A stretch of DNA of 32,000 nt from Pseudomonas aeruginosa (GCF_001457615.1 NZ_LN831024.1:630001-662000), one strand, 5' to 3'; shown: positions 21,879 through 30,823, numbered from the stretch's first letter. The notes: generated by a model not told the origin, from the sequence alone. Program-made: numbers and translations.

Positions 21879-22913
21879 ATGTTGCCAGCCATGAGGACGG
21901 GCCTGTTGTGCGCCCTTCTCGGAGTTACCGCGCCCGCCTGGGCGGAATACGTGACCGTGATTTCCTTCGGCGGCGCCAACAAGGAAGCCCAGGAAACCGC
22001 GTTCTACAAACCCTTCAAGAGCGCCACCGGCAATCGCGTGGTGCATGGCTCCTACAATGGCGACCTGGCCAAGCTCAAGCGCATGGTGGAGATCAGCCAC
22101 GTCTCCTGGGACGTGGTGGAAGTCGAGGCGCCGGAGCTGGCGCGCGGTTGCGAGGAAGGTCTGTTCGAGAAGCTGGACATGGCGAAGGTCGGCGATCCCG
22201 CGGATTTCGTTCCCGGCGCGGTGCAGCCCTGCGGAGTCGGCATCTTCGTCTGGACCACGCTGCTTGCCTACAACCCCGGCAAGGTTGCGGGCAGCCCGCA
22301 GGGCTGGGCGGATTTCTGGGACGTGAAGAAGTTTCCCGGCAAGCGCGGCCTGCGCTGGGGCGCCAAGTACAGCCTGGAGTTCGCCCTGATGGCCGATGGC
22401 GTGGCGCCGAAGGACGTCTACCAGACGCTGGCGACGCCCGCCGGCGTCGAGCGGGCATTCCGCAAGCTCGACGAGCTGAAGCCCTATATCCATTGGTGGA
22501 AGTCCGGGCAGGACCCTGTGCACGACCTGGCCGATGGCACGGTGGTGATGAGTTCGGCCTACAACGGGCGGATCGCCGCGGCGCAGGCCGAGAAGCAGCG
22601 CCTGGCAATGGTCTGGAGCGGCGGCGTCTACGATTTCGACTTCTGGGCGCTGCCGGTCGGGGTTTGGAAGAAGCAGTTGGCCGAGGAGTTCATCCGTTTC
22701 GCCAGCCAGCCGGAGCAGCAGAAGGCTTTCGCCGAGAACATCGCCTACGGCCCGGCCAACCGCAAGGCGGTAGGCCTGCTCGATCCGCAAGTGGCTGCCA
22801 ACCTGCCGACCGCGCCGCAGAACATGCAGAACGCGGTGGGTATGAACGTGGCCTTCTGGGCGGAGCACGGCGAGGCCCTGGAGCAGCGTTTCCAGAACTG
22901 GGCCAAGCGCTGA
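21879..22913 (+). CDS. ABC transporter periplasmic solute-binding protein (PotD/polyamine-like)
   Basis: 344 aa, signal peptide MLPAMRTGLLCALLGVTAPAWA, 'VTVISFGGANKEAQETAFYKPFKSATGNRVV'. Preceded by AAGGAG ribosome-binding site. Confidence 0.93.
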   Translation: MLPAMRTGLLCALLGVTAPAWAEYVTVISFGGANKEAQETAFYKPFKSATGNRVVHGSYNGDLAKLKRMVEISHVSWDVVEVEAPELARGCEEGLFEKLDMAKVGDPADFVPGAVQPCGVGIFVWTTLLAYNPGKVAGSPQGWADFWDVKKFPGKRGLRWGAKYSLEFALMADGVAPKDVYQTLATPAGVERAFRKLDELKPYIHWWKSGQDPVHDLADGTVVMSSAYNGRIAAAQAEKQRLAMVWSGGVYDFDFWALPVGVWKKQLAEEFIRFASQPEQQKAFAENIAYGPANRKAVGLLDPQVAANLPTAPQNMQNAVGMNVAFWAEHGEALEQRFQNWAKR

Positions 22914-22921
22914 GGAGGCCG

Positions 22922-22953
22922 TTGCGCGCCAGCCGGAGAGCGCTGGCGCGCAA
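22922..22953 (+). terminator. Strong hairpin (perfect 12-bp stem, 8-nt loop) directly after the first binding-protein gene
   Basis: TTGCGCGCCAGC(22922-22933) / GCTGGCGCGCAA(22942-22953), starting 9 nt after the stop codon. No long T tract follows. Confidence 0.6.
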
Positions 22954-23015
22954 ACCTTTGCTCTTCTCGAAAGCTCCTTCCCAGAGCGGTCTGGCCCATT
23001 CCGGGGGGCATCTTT

Positions 23016-23037
23016 TTTGTAGGGCGATTCCTACAAA
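23016..23037. repeat. Perfect 8-bp inverted repeat TTTGTAGG-N6-CCTACAAA upstream of agtA
   Basis: TTTGTAGG(23016-23023) gcgatt CCTACAAA(23030-23037), about 110 nt upstream of the agtA ATG. Confidence 0.8.
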
Positions 23038-23146
23038 GAGCTTTCCTTTCCCCTGATAGAAAACTCTCTTGCCGGCCGATTTGCGTCCTGCGCCGGGTTC
23101 TCTAGGCTGTTCGCACAGCATCCATAAAACGAACAAAGGTGCGGTT

Positions 23147-24256
23147 ATGGCCGAGACTCAAGGCGGCGATGTGCTGGTCAGCTTCCGTGGCGTGCAGAAA
23201 AGCTACGACGGCGAGACCCTCATCGTGAAGGATCTCAACCTGGACATTCGCAAGGGCGAATTCCTCACCCTGCTCGGCCCCTCCGGGTCCGGCAAGACCA
23301 CCAGCCTGATGATGCTGGCCGGTTTCGAAACCCCCACCGCCGGCGAAATCCTCCTGGCCGGTCGCTCGATCAACAATGTCCCTCCGCACAAGCGCGACAT
23401 CGGCATGGTGTTCCAGAACTATGCGCTGTTCCCGCACATGACCGTGGCCGAGAACCTGGCCTTTCCCCTCAGCGTCCGTGGCATGAGCAAGACCGACGTG
23501 AAGGAAAGGGTCAAGCGCGCGTTGTCGATGGTCCAGCTCGACGCCTTCGCCGGGCGTTATCCGGCGCAGCTTTCCGGTGGCCAGCAGCAGCGCGTGGCGC
23601 TGGCCCGCGCGCTGGTCTTCGAGCCGCAACTGGTGCTGATGGACGAGCCCCTGGGAGCGCTGGACAAGCAACTTCGCGAGCACATGCAGATGGAAATCAA
23701 GCATCTGCACCAGCGCCTCGGTGTCACCGTGGTCTACGTCACCCACGACCAGGGCGAGGCGCTGACCATGTCCGACCGGGTGGCGGTGTTCCACCAGGGC
23801 GAAATCCAGCAGATCGAGCCGCCGCGCAATCTCTACGAGCAGCCGCGCAACACCTTCGTGGCCAACTTCATCGGTGAGAACAACCGTCTATCCGGGCAGC
23901 TTCTCAGTTGCGACGGCGAGCGCTGCGTGGTCGGACTGCCGCGCGGCGAGAAGGTCGAGGCGCTGGCGGTCAACGTCGGCCAGCCGGGCGAGCCGGTAAC
24001 CTTGTCGATCCGCCCCGAGCGGGTGCGCCTGAACGGTGCCAGCGAGTCTTGCGTCAACCGTTTCTCCGGCCGCGTGGCCGAATTCGTCTACCTGGGCGAC
24101 CACGTGCGTGTGCGCCTGGAGGTCTGCGGCCGCGACGACTTCTTCGTCAAGCAGCCGATCGCCGAGCTGGACCCGACGCTGAGCGTCGGTGATGTGGTTC
24201 CGCTGGGCTGGCAGGTCGAGCATGTGAGGGCGCTCGACCCTCTGCCGGCGGCGTGA
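23147..24256 (+). CDS. agtA: ABC transporter ATP-binding protein (PotA-like; AgtA)
   Basis: 369 aa from MAETQGGDVLVSFRGVQKSYDGE. Walker A 'GPSGSGKTT', signature 'LSGGQQQRVALARAL', Walker B 'LVLMDEPLGALD', TOBE-like C-terminus. Track start at 23069 is an extension. Confidence 0.93.
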   Translation: MAETQGGDVLVSFRGVQKSYDGETLIVKDLNLDIRKGEFLTLLGPSGSGKTTSLMMLAGFETPTAGEILLAGRSINNVPPHKRDIGMVFQNYALFPHMTVAENLAFPLSVRGMSKTDVKERVKRALSMVQLDAFAGRYPAQLSGGQQQRVALARALVFEPQLVLMDEPLGALDKQLREHMQMEIKHLHQRLGVTVVYVTHDQGEALTMSDRVAVFHQGEIQQIEPPRNLYEQPRNTFVANFIGENNRLSGQLLSCDGERCVVGLPRGEKVEALAVNVGQPGEPVTLSIRPERVRLNGASESCVNRFSGRVAEFVYLGDHVRVRLEVCGRDDFFVKQPIAELDPTLSVGDVVPLGWQVEHVRALDPLPAA

Positions 24257-24266
24257 GCGCCGGCAG
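24242..24266 (+). repeat. Perfect 9-bp inverted repeat whose loop contains the agtA stop codon
   Basis: CTGCCGGCG(24242-24250) gcgTGAg CGCCGGCAG(24258-24266). Stop codon TGA is at 24254-24256. Confidence 0.9.
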
Positions 24267-24311
24267 TCCCGAACCGTACCGAAGCAACCCTGCACTGTGG
24301 AGAGAACAATA

Positions 24312-25358
24312 ATGTCGAAATCCCTGAAAGCGGCCAGCCTGAAGTTCGCCACCCTGGCGGCCGGCCTGGCCTGCGCGGCCCAGGCCATGGCGGTGGACCT
24401 GACCGTGGTGTCCTTCGGCGGGGCCAACAAGAGCGCCCAGATCAAGGCGTTCTACGAGCCCTACCAGAAAGCCACCGGCAACAGGATCGTCGCCGGCGAA
24501 TACAACGGCGAGATGGCCAAGGTCAAGGCCATGGTCGATACCAACAGCGTGTCCTGGGACCTGGTGGAAGTGGAGTCGCCGGAGCTGTCGCGCGGCTGCG
24601 ACGAAGGCCTGTTCGAGGAACTCGACCCGGCGCAGTTCGGCAAGACCGAGGACTTCGTGCCCGGCGCCATCCAACCGTGCGGCGTGGGTTTCTTCGTCTG
24701 GTCCACGGTGCTCGCCTACAACGCCGACAAGCTGAAAAGCGCGCCGACCAGTTGGGCGGACTTCTGGGACATCAAGAAATTCCCCGGCAAGCGCGGCCTG
24801 CGCAAGGGCGCCAAGTACACCCTCGAATTCGCCCTGATGGCCGATGGCGTGGCGCCGAAGGACGTCTACGGCGTGCTCGCCACCAAGGAAGGCCAGGATC
24901 GTGCCTTCAAGAAGCTCGACGAGATCAAGTCGAGCATCCAGTGGTGGGAGGCGGGCGCCCAGCCGCCGCAGTACCTGGCTTCCGGCGATGTGGTGATGAG
25001 TTCTGCCTACAACGGTCGGATCGCCGCGGTGCAGAAGGAAAGCAACCTGAAGGTGGTATGGAACGGCGGCATCTACGATTTCGACGCCTGGGCCATCCCG
25101 AAGGGGGCGAAGAAACGGGAAGAGACCCTGAAGTTCATCGCCTTCTCGGTGCAGCCCCAGCAGCAGAAGACTTACTCGGAAAACATCGCCTACGGTCCGG
25201 CCAACAAGCAGGCGGTGCCGCTGCTGGACAAGGCCCTGCTGAAGGACATGCCGACCACTCCGGAAAACATCCAGAACCAGGTGGCAATGGACGTGACCTT
25301 CTGGGCCGACTACGGCGAACAACTGGAACAGCGCTTCAACGCCTGGGCGGCCAGGTAA
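24312..25358 (+). CDS. agtB: ABC transporter periplasmic solute-binding protein (AgtB), paralogue of the 21879..22913 product
   Basis: 348 aa from MSKSLKAASLKFATLAAGLACAAQAMA (signal peptide), 'LTVVSFGGANKSAQIKAFYEPYQKATGNRIVAGEYNGEMAKVKAMVD'. Confidence 0.92.
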   Translation: MSKSLKAASLKFATLAAGLACAAQAMAVDLTVVSFGGANKSAQIKAFYEPYQKATGNRIVAGEYNGEMAKVKAMVDTNSVSWDLVEVESPELSRGCDEGLFEELDPAQFGKTEDFVPGAIQPCGVGFFVWSTVLAYNADKLKSAPTSWADFWDIKKFPGKRGLRKGAKYTLEFALMADGVAPKDVYGVLATKEGQDRAFKKLDEIKSSIQWWEAGAQPPQYLASGDVVMSSAYNGRIAAVQKESNLKVVWNGGIYDFDAWAIPKGAKKREETLKFIAFSVQPQQQKTYSENIAYGPANKQAVPLLDKALLKDMPTTPENIQNQVAMDVTFWADYGEQLEQRFNAWAAR

Positions 25359-25432
25359 TCCTCGCCTGACCCTCCAGTGAGGGCCGGAGGGGCCGCCGCG
25401 CGGCGGCTCCTCCTACCGTTCCACACTTTCCA

Positions 25433-25460
25433 GGGCCGCTCCCGACGGCCCGCTTTTTTT
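25433..25460 (+). terminator. Intrinsic-terminator-like element between agtB and agtC
   Basis: GGGCCG(25433-25438) ctcccga CGGCCC(25446-25451) gc TTTTTTT(25454-25460), 12 nt before the agtC ATG. Confidence 0.7.
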
Positions 25461-25472
25461 CCGGAGTTCGCT

Positions 25473-26720
25473 ATGGCCACAGCTGTGCCCATGTCCCAGG
25501 CCGCCGGCAGCACCCTCAAGCAACGCCTGGCGCGCGCCGAGCGGATGAACCGCCTGAAGTCCCTGGCGCTGATCCTGCCCCTGCTGGCCTTCCTGGTCCT
25601 GACCTTCCTGGTGCCGATCGCCGCGCTGCTCTACAAGAGCGTGTCCAACCCGGAAGTGGTTCGCTCGTTGCCGCTGACGGTAGAGGCCATCTCCGCCTGG
25701 GACGGCAAGTCGCTGCCGGCCGACGCCGTCTACAAGGCGCTCAGCCAGGATCTCGCCGAGGCTCGTCGCAACCAGACCATCGGCGATCTCTCCAAGCGCC
25801 TGAACATGGAGCTGGCCGGTTATCGCAGCCTGATGGCGAAGACCGCGCGCAAGCTGCCGTTCAAGGAGGAGCCCGCTTCCTACAAGGACGCCATGGAGCA
25901 GCTCGACGAGCGCTGGGGCGACCCCGCCTACTGGCAGGTGATCCGCCGCAACGCCAGCAGCTATACGCCCTATTACCTGCTCGCAGCCCTCGACCACCGG
26001 ATCGACGATCTCGGCGAAGTGGCGCGCGCCACCCCGGACCAGGCCATCTACCTGGACATCTTCGCCCGCACCTTCTGGATGGGTGCGGTGATCACCGTCA
26101 TCTGCCTGCTGCTGGCCTACCCGCTGGCCTACCTGCTGGCCAACCTGCCGACGCGCAAGAGCAACCTGCTGATGATCCTGGTCCTGCTGCCGTTCTGGAC
26201 CTCGATCCTGGTACGTGTCGCTGCCTGGATCGTCCTGCTGCAATCGGGTGGCCTGATCAACGGCGCGCTGCTCAAGCTCGGCCTGATCGACCAGCCGCTG
26301 CAACTGGTGTTCAACCGCACCGGCGTATACATCGCGATGGTGCACATCATGCTGCCGTTCATGATCCTGCCGATCTACAGCGTGATGAAGGGCATTTCGC
26401 CGAGCTACATGCGCGCCGCGATTTCCCTCGGCTGCCACCCGTTCGCCAGCTTCTGGCGGGTGTATTTCCCACAGACCGTCGCGGGCGTCGGCGCCGGTTG
26501 CCTGCTGGTGTTCATCCTGTCCATCGGCTACTACATCACCCCGGCGCTGCTGGGCAGCCCGAACGACCAGATGGTCAGCTACTTCGTCGCCTTCTATACC
26601 AACAGCACCATCAACTGGGGCATGGCCACCGCCCTCGGCGGCCTGCTGCTGCTCGCTACCCTGGTGCTCTACGTCGTCTACAGCTGGCTGGTGGGCGCCA
26701 GCCGCCTGCGCCTGGGATAG
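25473..26720 (+). CDS. agtC: ABC transporter permease (PotB-like; AgtC)
   Basis: 415 aa from MATAVPMSQAAGSTLKQRLA. Multiple TM segments, binding-protein-dependent permease motif 'MKGISPSYMRAAISLGCHPFASFWRVYFPQ'. Confidence 0.93.
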   Translation: MATAVPMSQAAGSTLKQRLARAERMNRLKSLALILPLLAFLVLTFLVPIAALLYKSVSNPEVVRSLPLTVEAISAWDGKSLPADAVYKALSQDLAEARRNQTIGDLSKRLNMELAGYRSLMAKTARKLPFKEEPASYKDAMEQLDERWGDPAYWQVIRRNASSYTPYYLLAALDHRIDDLGEVARATPDQAIYLDIFARTFWMGAVITVICLLLAYPLAYLLANLPTRKSNLLMILVLLPFWTSILVRVAAWIVLLQSGGLINGALLKLGLIDQPLQLVFNRTGVYIAMVHIMLPFMILPIYSVMKGISPSYMRAAISLGCHPFASFWRVYFPQTVAGVGAGCLLVFILSIGYYITPALLGSPNDQMVSYFVAFYTNSTINWGMATALGGLLLLATLVLYVVYSWLVGASRLRLG

Positions 26721-26722
26721 AG

Positions 26723-26739
26723 GGCCTTCCGAGAAGGCC
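26723..26739 (+). repeat. Perfect 7-bp hairpin (3-nt loop) directly after the agtC stop codon
   Basis: GGCCTTC(26723-26729) cga GAAGGCC(26733-26739); stop TAG at 26718-26720. Confidence 0.85.
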
Positions 26740-26825
26740 AACCGATTCCCCTCTGCCTTCGGAAAAAAGGTTGCCCGGAGGGCGGGGAGAGGGGGATCCG
26801 CACGAAACACATTGGAGAGCGAGTC

Positions 26826-27656
26826 ATGCTGAGTCCCTACATGTCCCCGGTCGAGCGCCTGTGGTTCTACTCCCTGCGCATCCTCTGCGGCCTGGTACTG
26901 CTGTTCCTGGTACTGCCGGTGCTGGTCATCGTGCCGCTGTCGTTCAACTCCGGCACTTTCCTGGTCTACCCGCTGCAAGGGTTCTCCCTGCGCTGGTACG
27001 CCGACTTCTTCCAGTCCGCCGAGTGGATGCGCTCGTTGACCAACAGCATGATCGTCGCTCCGGCGGCGACCCTGCTGGCAATGGTCTTCGGCACTCTGGC
27101 AGCGATCGGCCTGACCCGCGGCGAGTTCCGCGGCAAGGCACTGGTGATGAGCCTGATGATTTCGCCGATGGTGGTGCCGGTGGTGATCATCGGCGTGGCC
27201 AGCTACCTGTTCTTCGCTCCGCTGGGGCTCGGCAACAGCTACCTGTCGCTGATCGTGGTGCATGCGGTGCTCGGCGTGCCGTTCGTGATCATCACCGTCT
27301 CCGCGACCCTGCAGGGGTTCAACTACAATCTGGTGCGCGCCGCCGCCAGCCTCGGCGCGCCGCCGCTGACCACCTTCTTCCGGGTGACCCTGCCGCTGAT
27401 CGCTCCGGGAGTGATTTCCGGCGCGCTGTTCGCCTTCGCCACCTCGTTCGACGAAGTGGTAGTGACCCTCTTCCTCGCCGGTCCCGAGCAGGCCACCCTG
27501 CCGCGGCAGATGTTCAGCGGCATTCGCGAGAACCTGAGCCCCACCATTGCCGCCGCGGCGACCTTGCTGATCGGTTTCTCCGTACTGCTGTTGCTGACCC
27601 TGGAATGGCTGCGCGGGCGCAGCGAGAAGATGCGTACCGCACAACCCGGCGGCTGA
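26826..27656 (+). CDS. agtD: ABC transporter permease (PotC-like; AgtD)
   Basis: 276 aa, 'WFYSLRILCGLVLLFLVLPVLVIVPLSF', permease EAA-type motif 'VRAAASLGAPPLTTFFRVTLPLIAPGV'. Confidence 0.93.
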   Translation: MLSPYMSPVERLWFYSLRILCGLVLLFLVLPVLVIVPLSFNSGTFLVYPLQGFSLRWYADFFQSAEWMRSLTNSMIVAPAATLLAMVFGTLAAIGLTRGEFRGKALVMSLMISPMVVPVVIIGVASYLFFAPLGLGNSYLSLIVVHAVLGVPFVIITVSATLQGFNYNLVRAAASLGAPPLTTFFRVTLPLIAPGVISGALFAFATSFDEVVVTLFLAGPEQATLPRQMFSGIRENLSPTIAAAATLLIGFSVLLLLTLEWLRGRSEKMRTAQPGG

Positions 27657-27667
27657 GGCGCAGGGCG

Positions 27668-27687
27668 CGCCCGGCTTGGTCCGGGCG
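27668..27687 (+). terminator. Hairpin after agtD (7-bp stem, 6-nt loop), no T tract
   Basis: CGCCCGG(27668-27674) cttggt CCGGGCG(27681-27687), 12 nt after the agtD stop. Confidence 0.4.
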
Positions 27688-27779
27688 TCGGCTGCTGCGG
27701 CGAAAAGTCGTCATTTTCACCGCCAAAAACCGATAACGGCTACAATGCGCGCCTTCCGTGATCCCCTTTGAGGTGCGCC

Positions 27780-28454
27780 ATGCAACCCTTCGCCATCGCT
27801 CCGTCGATCCTTTCCGCCGATTTCGCCCGCCTGGGCGAGGACGTGGACAAGGTGCTCGCCGCCGGTGCCGACATCGTTCACTTCGACGTGATGGACAACC
27901 ACTACGTGCCGAACCTGACCATCGGCCCGATGGTCTGCTCGGCGCTGCGCAAGTACGGCGTGAGCGCGCCGATCGACGTGCACCTGATGGTGTCCCCGGT
28001 GGATCGCATCATCGGCGACTTCATCGAAGCTGGCGCCACCTACATCACCTTCCATCCGGAAGCTTCCCAGCACATCGACCGTTCCCTGCAACTGATCCGC
28101 GACGGCGGGTGCAAGGCAGGCCTGGTGTTCAACCCGGCCACTCCGCTGGAGGTGCTGAAGTACGTGATGGACAAGGTCGACATGGTCCTGCTGATGAGCG
28201 TCAACCCCGGCTTCGGCGGGCAGAAATTCATCCCCGGTACCCTCGACAAGTTGCGCGAGGCACGCGCCCTGATCGATGCCTCCGGTCGCGAGATCCGCCT
28301 GGAGATCGATGGCGGCGTCAACGTCAAGAACATCCGTGAGATCGCCGCGGCGGGCGCCGATACCTTCGTCGCCGGCTCGGCCATCTTCAACGCCCCGGAC
28401 TACGCCGAGGTCATCCGCGCCATGCATGCCGAACTGGCCCAGGCGCACCAGTAA
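27780..28454 (+). CDS. rpe: Ribulose-phosphate 3-epimerase
   Basis: 224 aa from [22 protein letters not shown]. '[17 protein letters not shown]', '[13 protein letters not shown]', '[12 protein letters not shown]'. Confidence 0.97.
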   Translation: MQPFAIAPSILSADFARLGEDVDKVLAAGADIVHFDVMDNHYVPNLTIGPMVCSALRKYGVSAPIDVHLMVSPVDRIIGDFIEAGATYITFHPEASQHIDRSLQLIRDGGCKAGLVFNPATPLEVLKYVMDKVDMVLLMSVNPGFGGQKFIPGTLDKLREARALIDASGREIRLEIDGGVNVKNIREIAAAGADTFVAGSAIFNAPDYAEVIRAMHAELAQAHQ

Positions 28455-29272
28455 TGAGCGCTGCGGAGCCGTTCTTCGCCACGCGCCTGCCGCGTCTGGT
28501 GATGTTCGACCTGGATGGCACGCTGGTCGATTCCGTTCCCGACCTCACCGCCGCGGTCGACAGCATGCTCGCCAGCCTCGGGCGGCCGCCGGCGGGCATC
28601 GAGAAGGTCCGCCAGTGGATCGGTAACGGCGCACGCGTCCTGGTGCGTCGCGCCCTGGCCGGAAGCATCGAGCACGACGGCATCGGTGAGGAGGAAACCG
28701 AAGCCGCGCTGGCGTTGTTCATGGAGGCCTATGCCGACAGTCATGCGCTCACCGAGGTCTACCCCGGCGTCGTCGACACCCTCAAGTGGCTCAAGCGCAA
28801 CGGCGTGGAAATGGCGCTGATCACCAACAAGCCGGAGCGCTTCGTCGCTCCGCTGCTGGATGAGATGAAGCTGGGTCGCTATTTTCGCTGGATCATCGGC
28901 GGCGACACCCTGCCGCAGCAGAAGCCCGACCCGGCGGCGCTGCTGTTCGTGATGAAGATGGCCGGCATCGAGCCCGAAGATGCGTTGTTCGTCGGTGACT
29001 CGCGCAACGACGTGCTCGCCGCCAAAGCTGCCGGCGTGCGCTGCGCGGCGCTGACCTATGGCTACAACCACGGCCGGCCGATCGCCGAGGAAGCGCCCAC
29101 CCTGGTCATCGACAACCTGCGCGACCTGCTGCCTTGCGCCGACCAGGCCGCTGAGATAGTGTTGCCGGACGACTCCCTTTCCCCCTCCGACCAGCGAGAT
29201 CAAGCCGTGGCGGTCAGCAAACTCTGGATGAAGGTCATCAAGGCCCTGGCGCGTTGGCGCTGGCGCGCCTGA
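28454..29272 (+). CDS. gph: Phosphoglycolate phosphatase (HAD superfamily)
   Basis: 272 aa, 'VMFDLDGTLVDSVPDLTAAVDSML', 'ALITNKPERF', 'FVGDSRNDVLAAKAAG'. TAATG overlap with rpe stop. Confidence 0.95.
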   Translation: MSAAEPFFATRLPRLVMFDLDGTLVDSVPDLTAAVDSMLASLGRPPAGIEKVRQWIGNGARVLVRRALAGSIEHDGIGEEETEAALALFMEAYADSHALTEVYPGVVDTLKWLKRNGVEMALITNKPERFVAPLLDEMKLGRYFRWIIGGDTLPQQKPDPAALLFVMKMAGIEPEDALFVGDSRNDVLAAKAAGVRCAALTYGYNHGRPIAEEAPTLVIDNLRDLLPCADQAAEIVLPDDSLSPSDQRDQAVAVSKLWMKVIKALARWRWRA

Positions 29273-29344
29273 CATCATCCTCCGCCGGATAGCCGGCGCG
29301 CGTTTGCACCCTGTTGACCGTTCTCTCCTCCGATGAGGCTGATC

Positions 29345-30823
29345 ATGAATCGCGAAGAATTCCTGCGGCTGGCCGCCGATGGCTACAACCGCATCCCGCT
29401 GTCCTTCGAGACCCTTGCCGACTTCGACACGCCGCTGTCGATCTACCTGAAGCTGGCCGACGCGCCGAACTCCTACCTGCTGGAGTCGGTGCAGGGCGGC
29501 GAGAAATGGGGGCGCTATTCGATCATCGGCCTGCCGTGCCGCACGGTGCTGCGGGTCTACGACCATCAAGTACGGATCAGCATCGATGGCATGGAAACCG
29601 AGCGCTTCGATTGCGCCGACCCGCTGGCTTTCGTCGAGGAGTTCAAGGCGCGCTACCAGGTGCCCACCGTGCCCGGCTTGCCACGTTTCGATGGAGGCCT
29701 GGTCGGCTACTTCGGTTACGACTGCGTGCGCTACGTGGAAAAACGCCTGGCCACCTGTCCGAACCCGGACCCGCTGGGCAACCCGGATATCCTGTTGATG
29801 GTGTCCGATGCCGTAGTGGTATTCGACAACCTGGCCGGGAAGATCCACGCCATCGTCCTCGCCGATCCCTCCGAGGAAAATGCCTACGAGCGCGGCCAGG
29901 CACGTCTGGAGGAGCTGCTGGAGCGTCTACGCCAGCCGATCACCCCGCGTCGCGGCCTCGACCTCGAGGCGGCCCAGGGTCGTGAGCCGGCGTTTCGTGC
30001 CAGCTTCACCCGCGAGGACTATGAAAACGCGGTAGGAAGGATCAAGGACTACATCCTGGCCGGCGACTGCATGCAGGTGGTGCCGTCGCAGCGCATGTCC
30101 ATCGAATTCAAGGCGGCGCCCATCGACCTGTACCGCGCGCTGCGCTGTTTCAATCCGACGCCCTACATGTACTTCTTCAACTTCGGCGACTTCCATGTCG
30201 TGGGCAGCTCGCCGGAGGTGCTGGTACGGGTCGAGGATGGCCTGGTGACGGTGCGCCCGATCGCCGGTACCCGTCCGCGCGGGATCAACGAAGAGGCCGA
30301 CCTGGCACTGGAGCAGGATCTGCTGTCGGACGCCAAGGAGATCGCCGAGCACCTGATGCTGATCGACCTGGGGCGCAACGACGTGGGGCGGGTGTCCGAT
30401 ATCGGCGCGGTGAAGGTCACCGAAAAAATGGTGATCGAACGTTACTCCAACGTCATGCACATCGTGTCCAACGTCACCGGGCAATTGCGCGAGGGGCTCA
30501 GCGCGATGGACGCGCTGCGGGCGATTCTGCCGGCGGGCACTCTATCCGGCGCGCCGAAGATCCGCGCCATGGAGATCATCGACGAGCTGGAGCCGGTCAA
30601 GCGTGGAGTCTACGGCGGCGCGGTCGGCTACCTGGCATGGAACGGCAACATGGACACCGCCATTGCCATCCGCACCGCGGTGATCAAGAACGGTGAACTC
30701 CACGTGCAGGCCGGCGGCGGTATCGTTGCCGACTCGGTGCCCGCGCTGGAGTGGGAAGAAACCATCAACAAGCGCCGGGCGATGTTCCGCGCCGTGGCGC
30801 TGGCCGAGCAGAGCGTCGAATAA
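29345..30823 (+). CDS. trpE: Anthranilate synthase component I
   Basis: 492 aa from [22 protein letters not shown]. '[17 protein letters not shown]', '[17 protein letters not shown]', '[19 protein letters not shown]', '[13 protein letters not shown]'-like C-terminus. Confidence 0.97.
   Translation: MNREEFLRLAADGYNRIPLSFETLADFDTPLSIYLKLADAPNSYLLESVQGGEKWGRYSIIGLPCRTVLRVYDHQVRISIDGMETERFDCADPLAFVEEFKARYQVPTVPGLPRFDGGLVGYFGYDCVRYVEKRLATCPNPDPLGNPDILLMVSDAVVVFDNLAGKIHAIVLADPSEENAYERGQARLEELLERLRQPITPRRGLDLEAAQGREPAFRASFTREDYENAVGRIKDYILAGDCMQVVPSQRMSIEFKAAPIDLYRALRCFNPTPYMYFFNFGDFHVVGSSPEVLVRVEDGLVTVRPIAGTRPRGINEEADLALEQDLLSDAKEIAEHLMLIDLGRNDVGRVSDIGAVKVTEKMVIERYSNVMHIVSNVTGQLREGLSAMDALRAILPAGTLSGAPKIRAMEIIDELEPVKRGVYGGAVGYLAWNGNMDTAIAIRTAVIKNGELHVQAGGGIVADSVPALEWEETINKRRAMFRAVALAEQSVE

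Noticed and set aside
25413-27644. Minus-strand ORF (743 aa) antisense to agtC/agtD
   Set aside because: Low-complexity H/Q/R/D-rich antisense translation across two permease genes.
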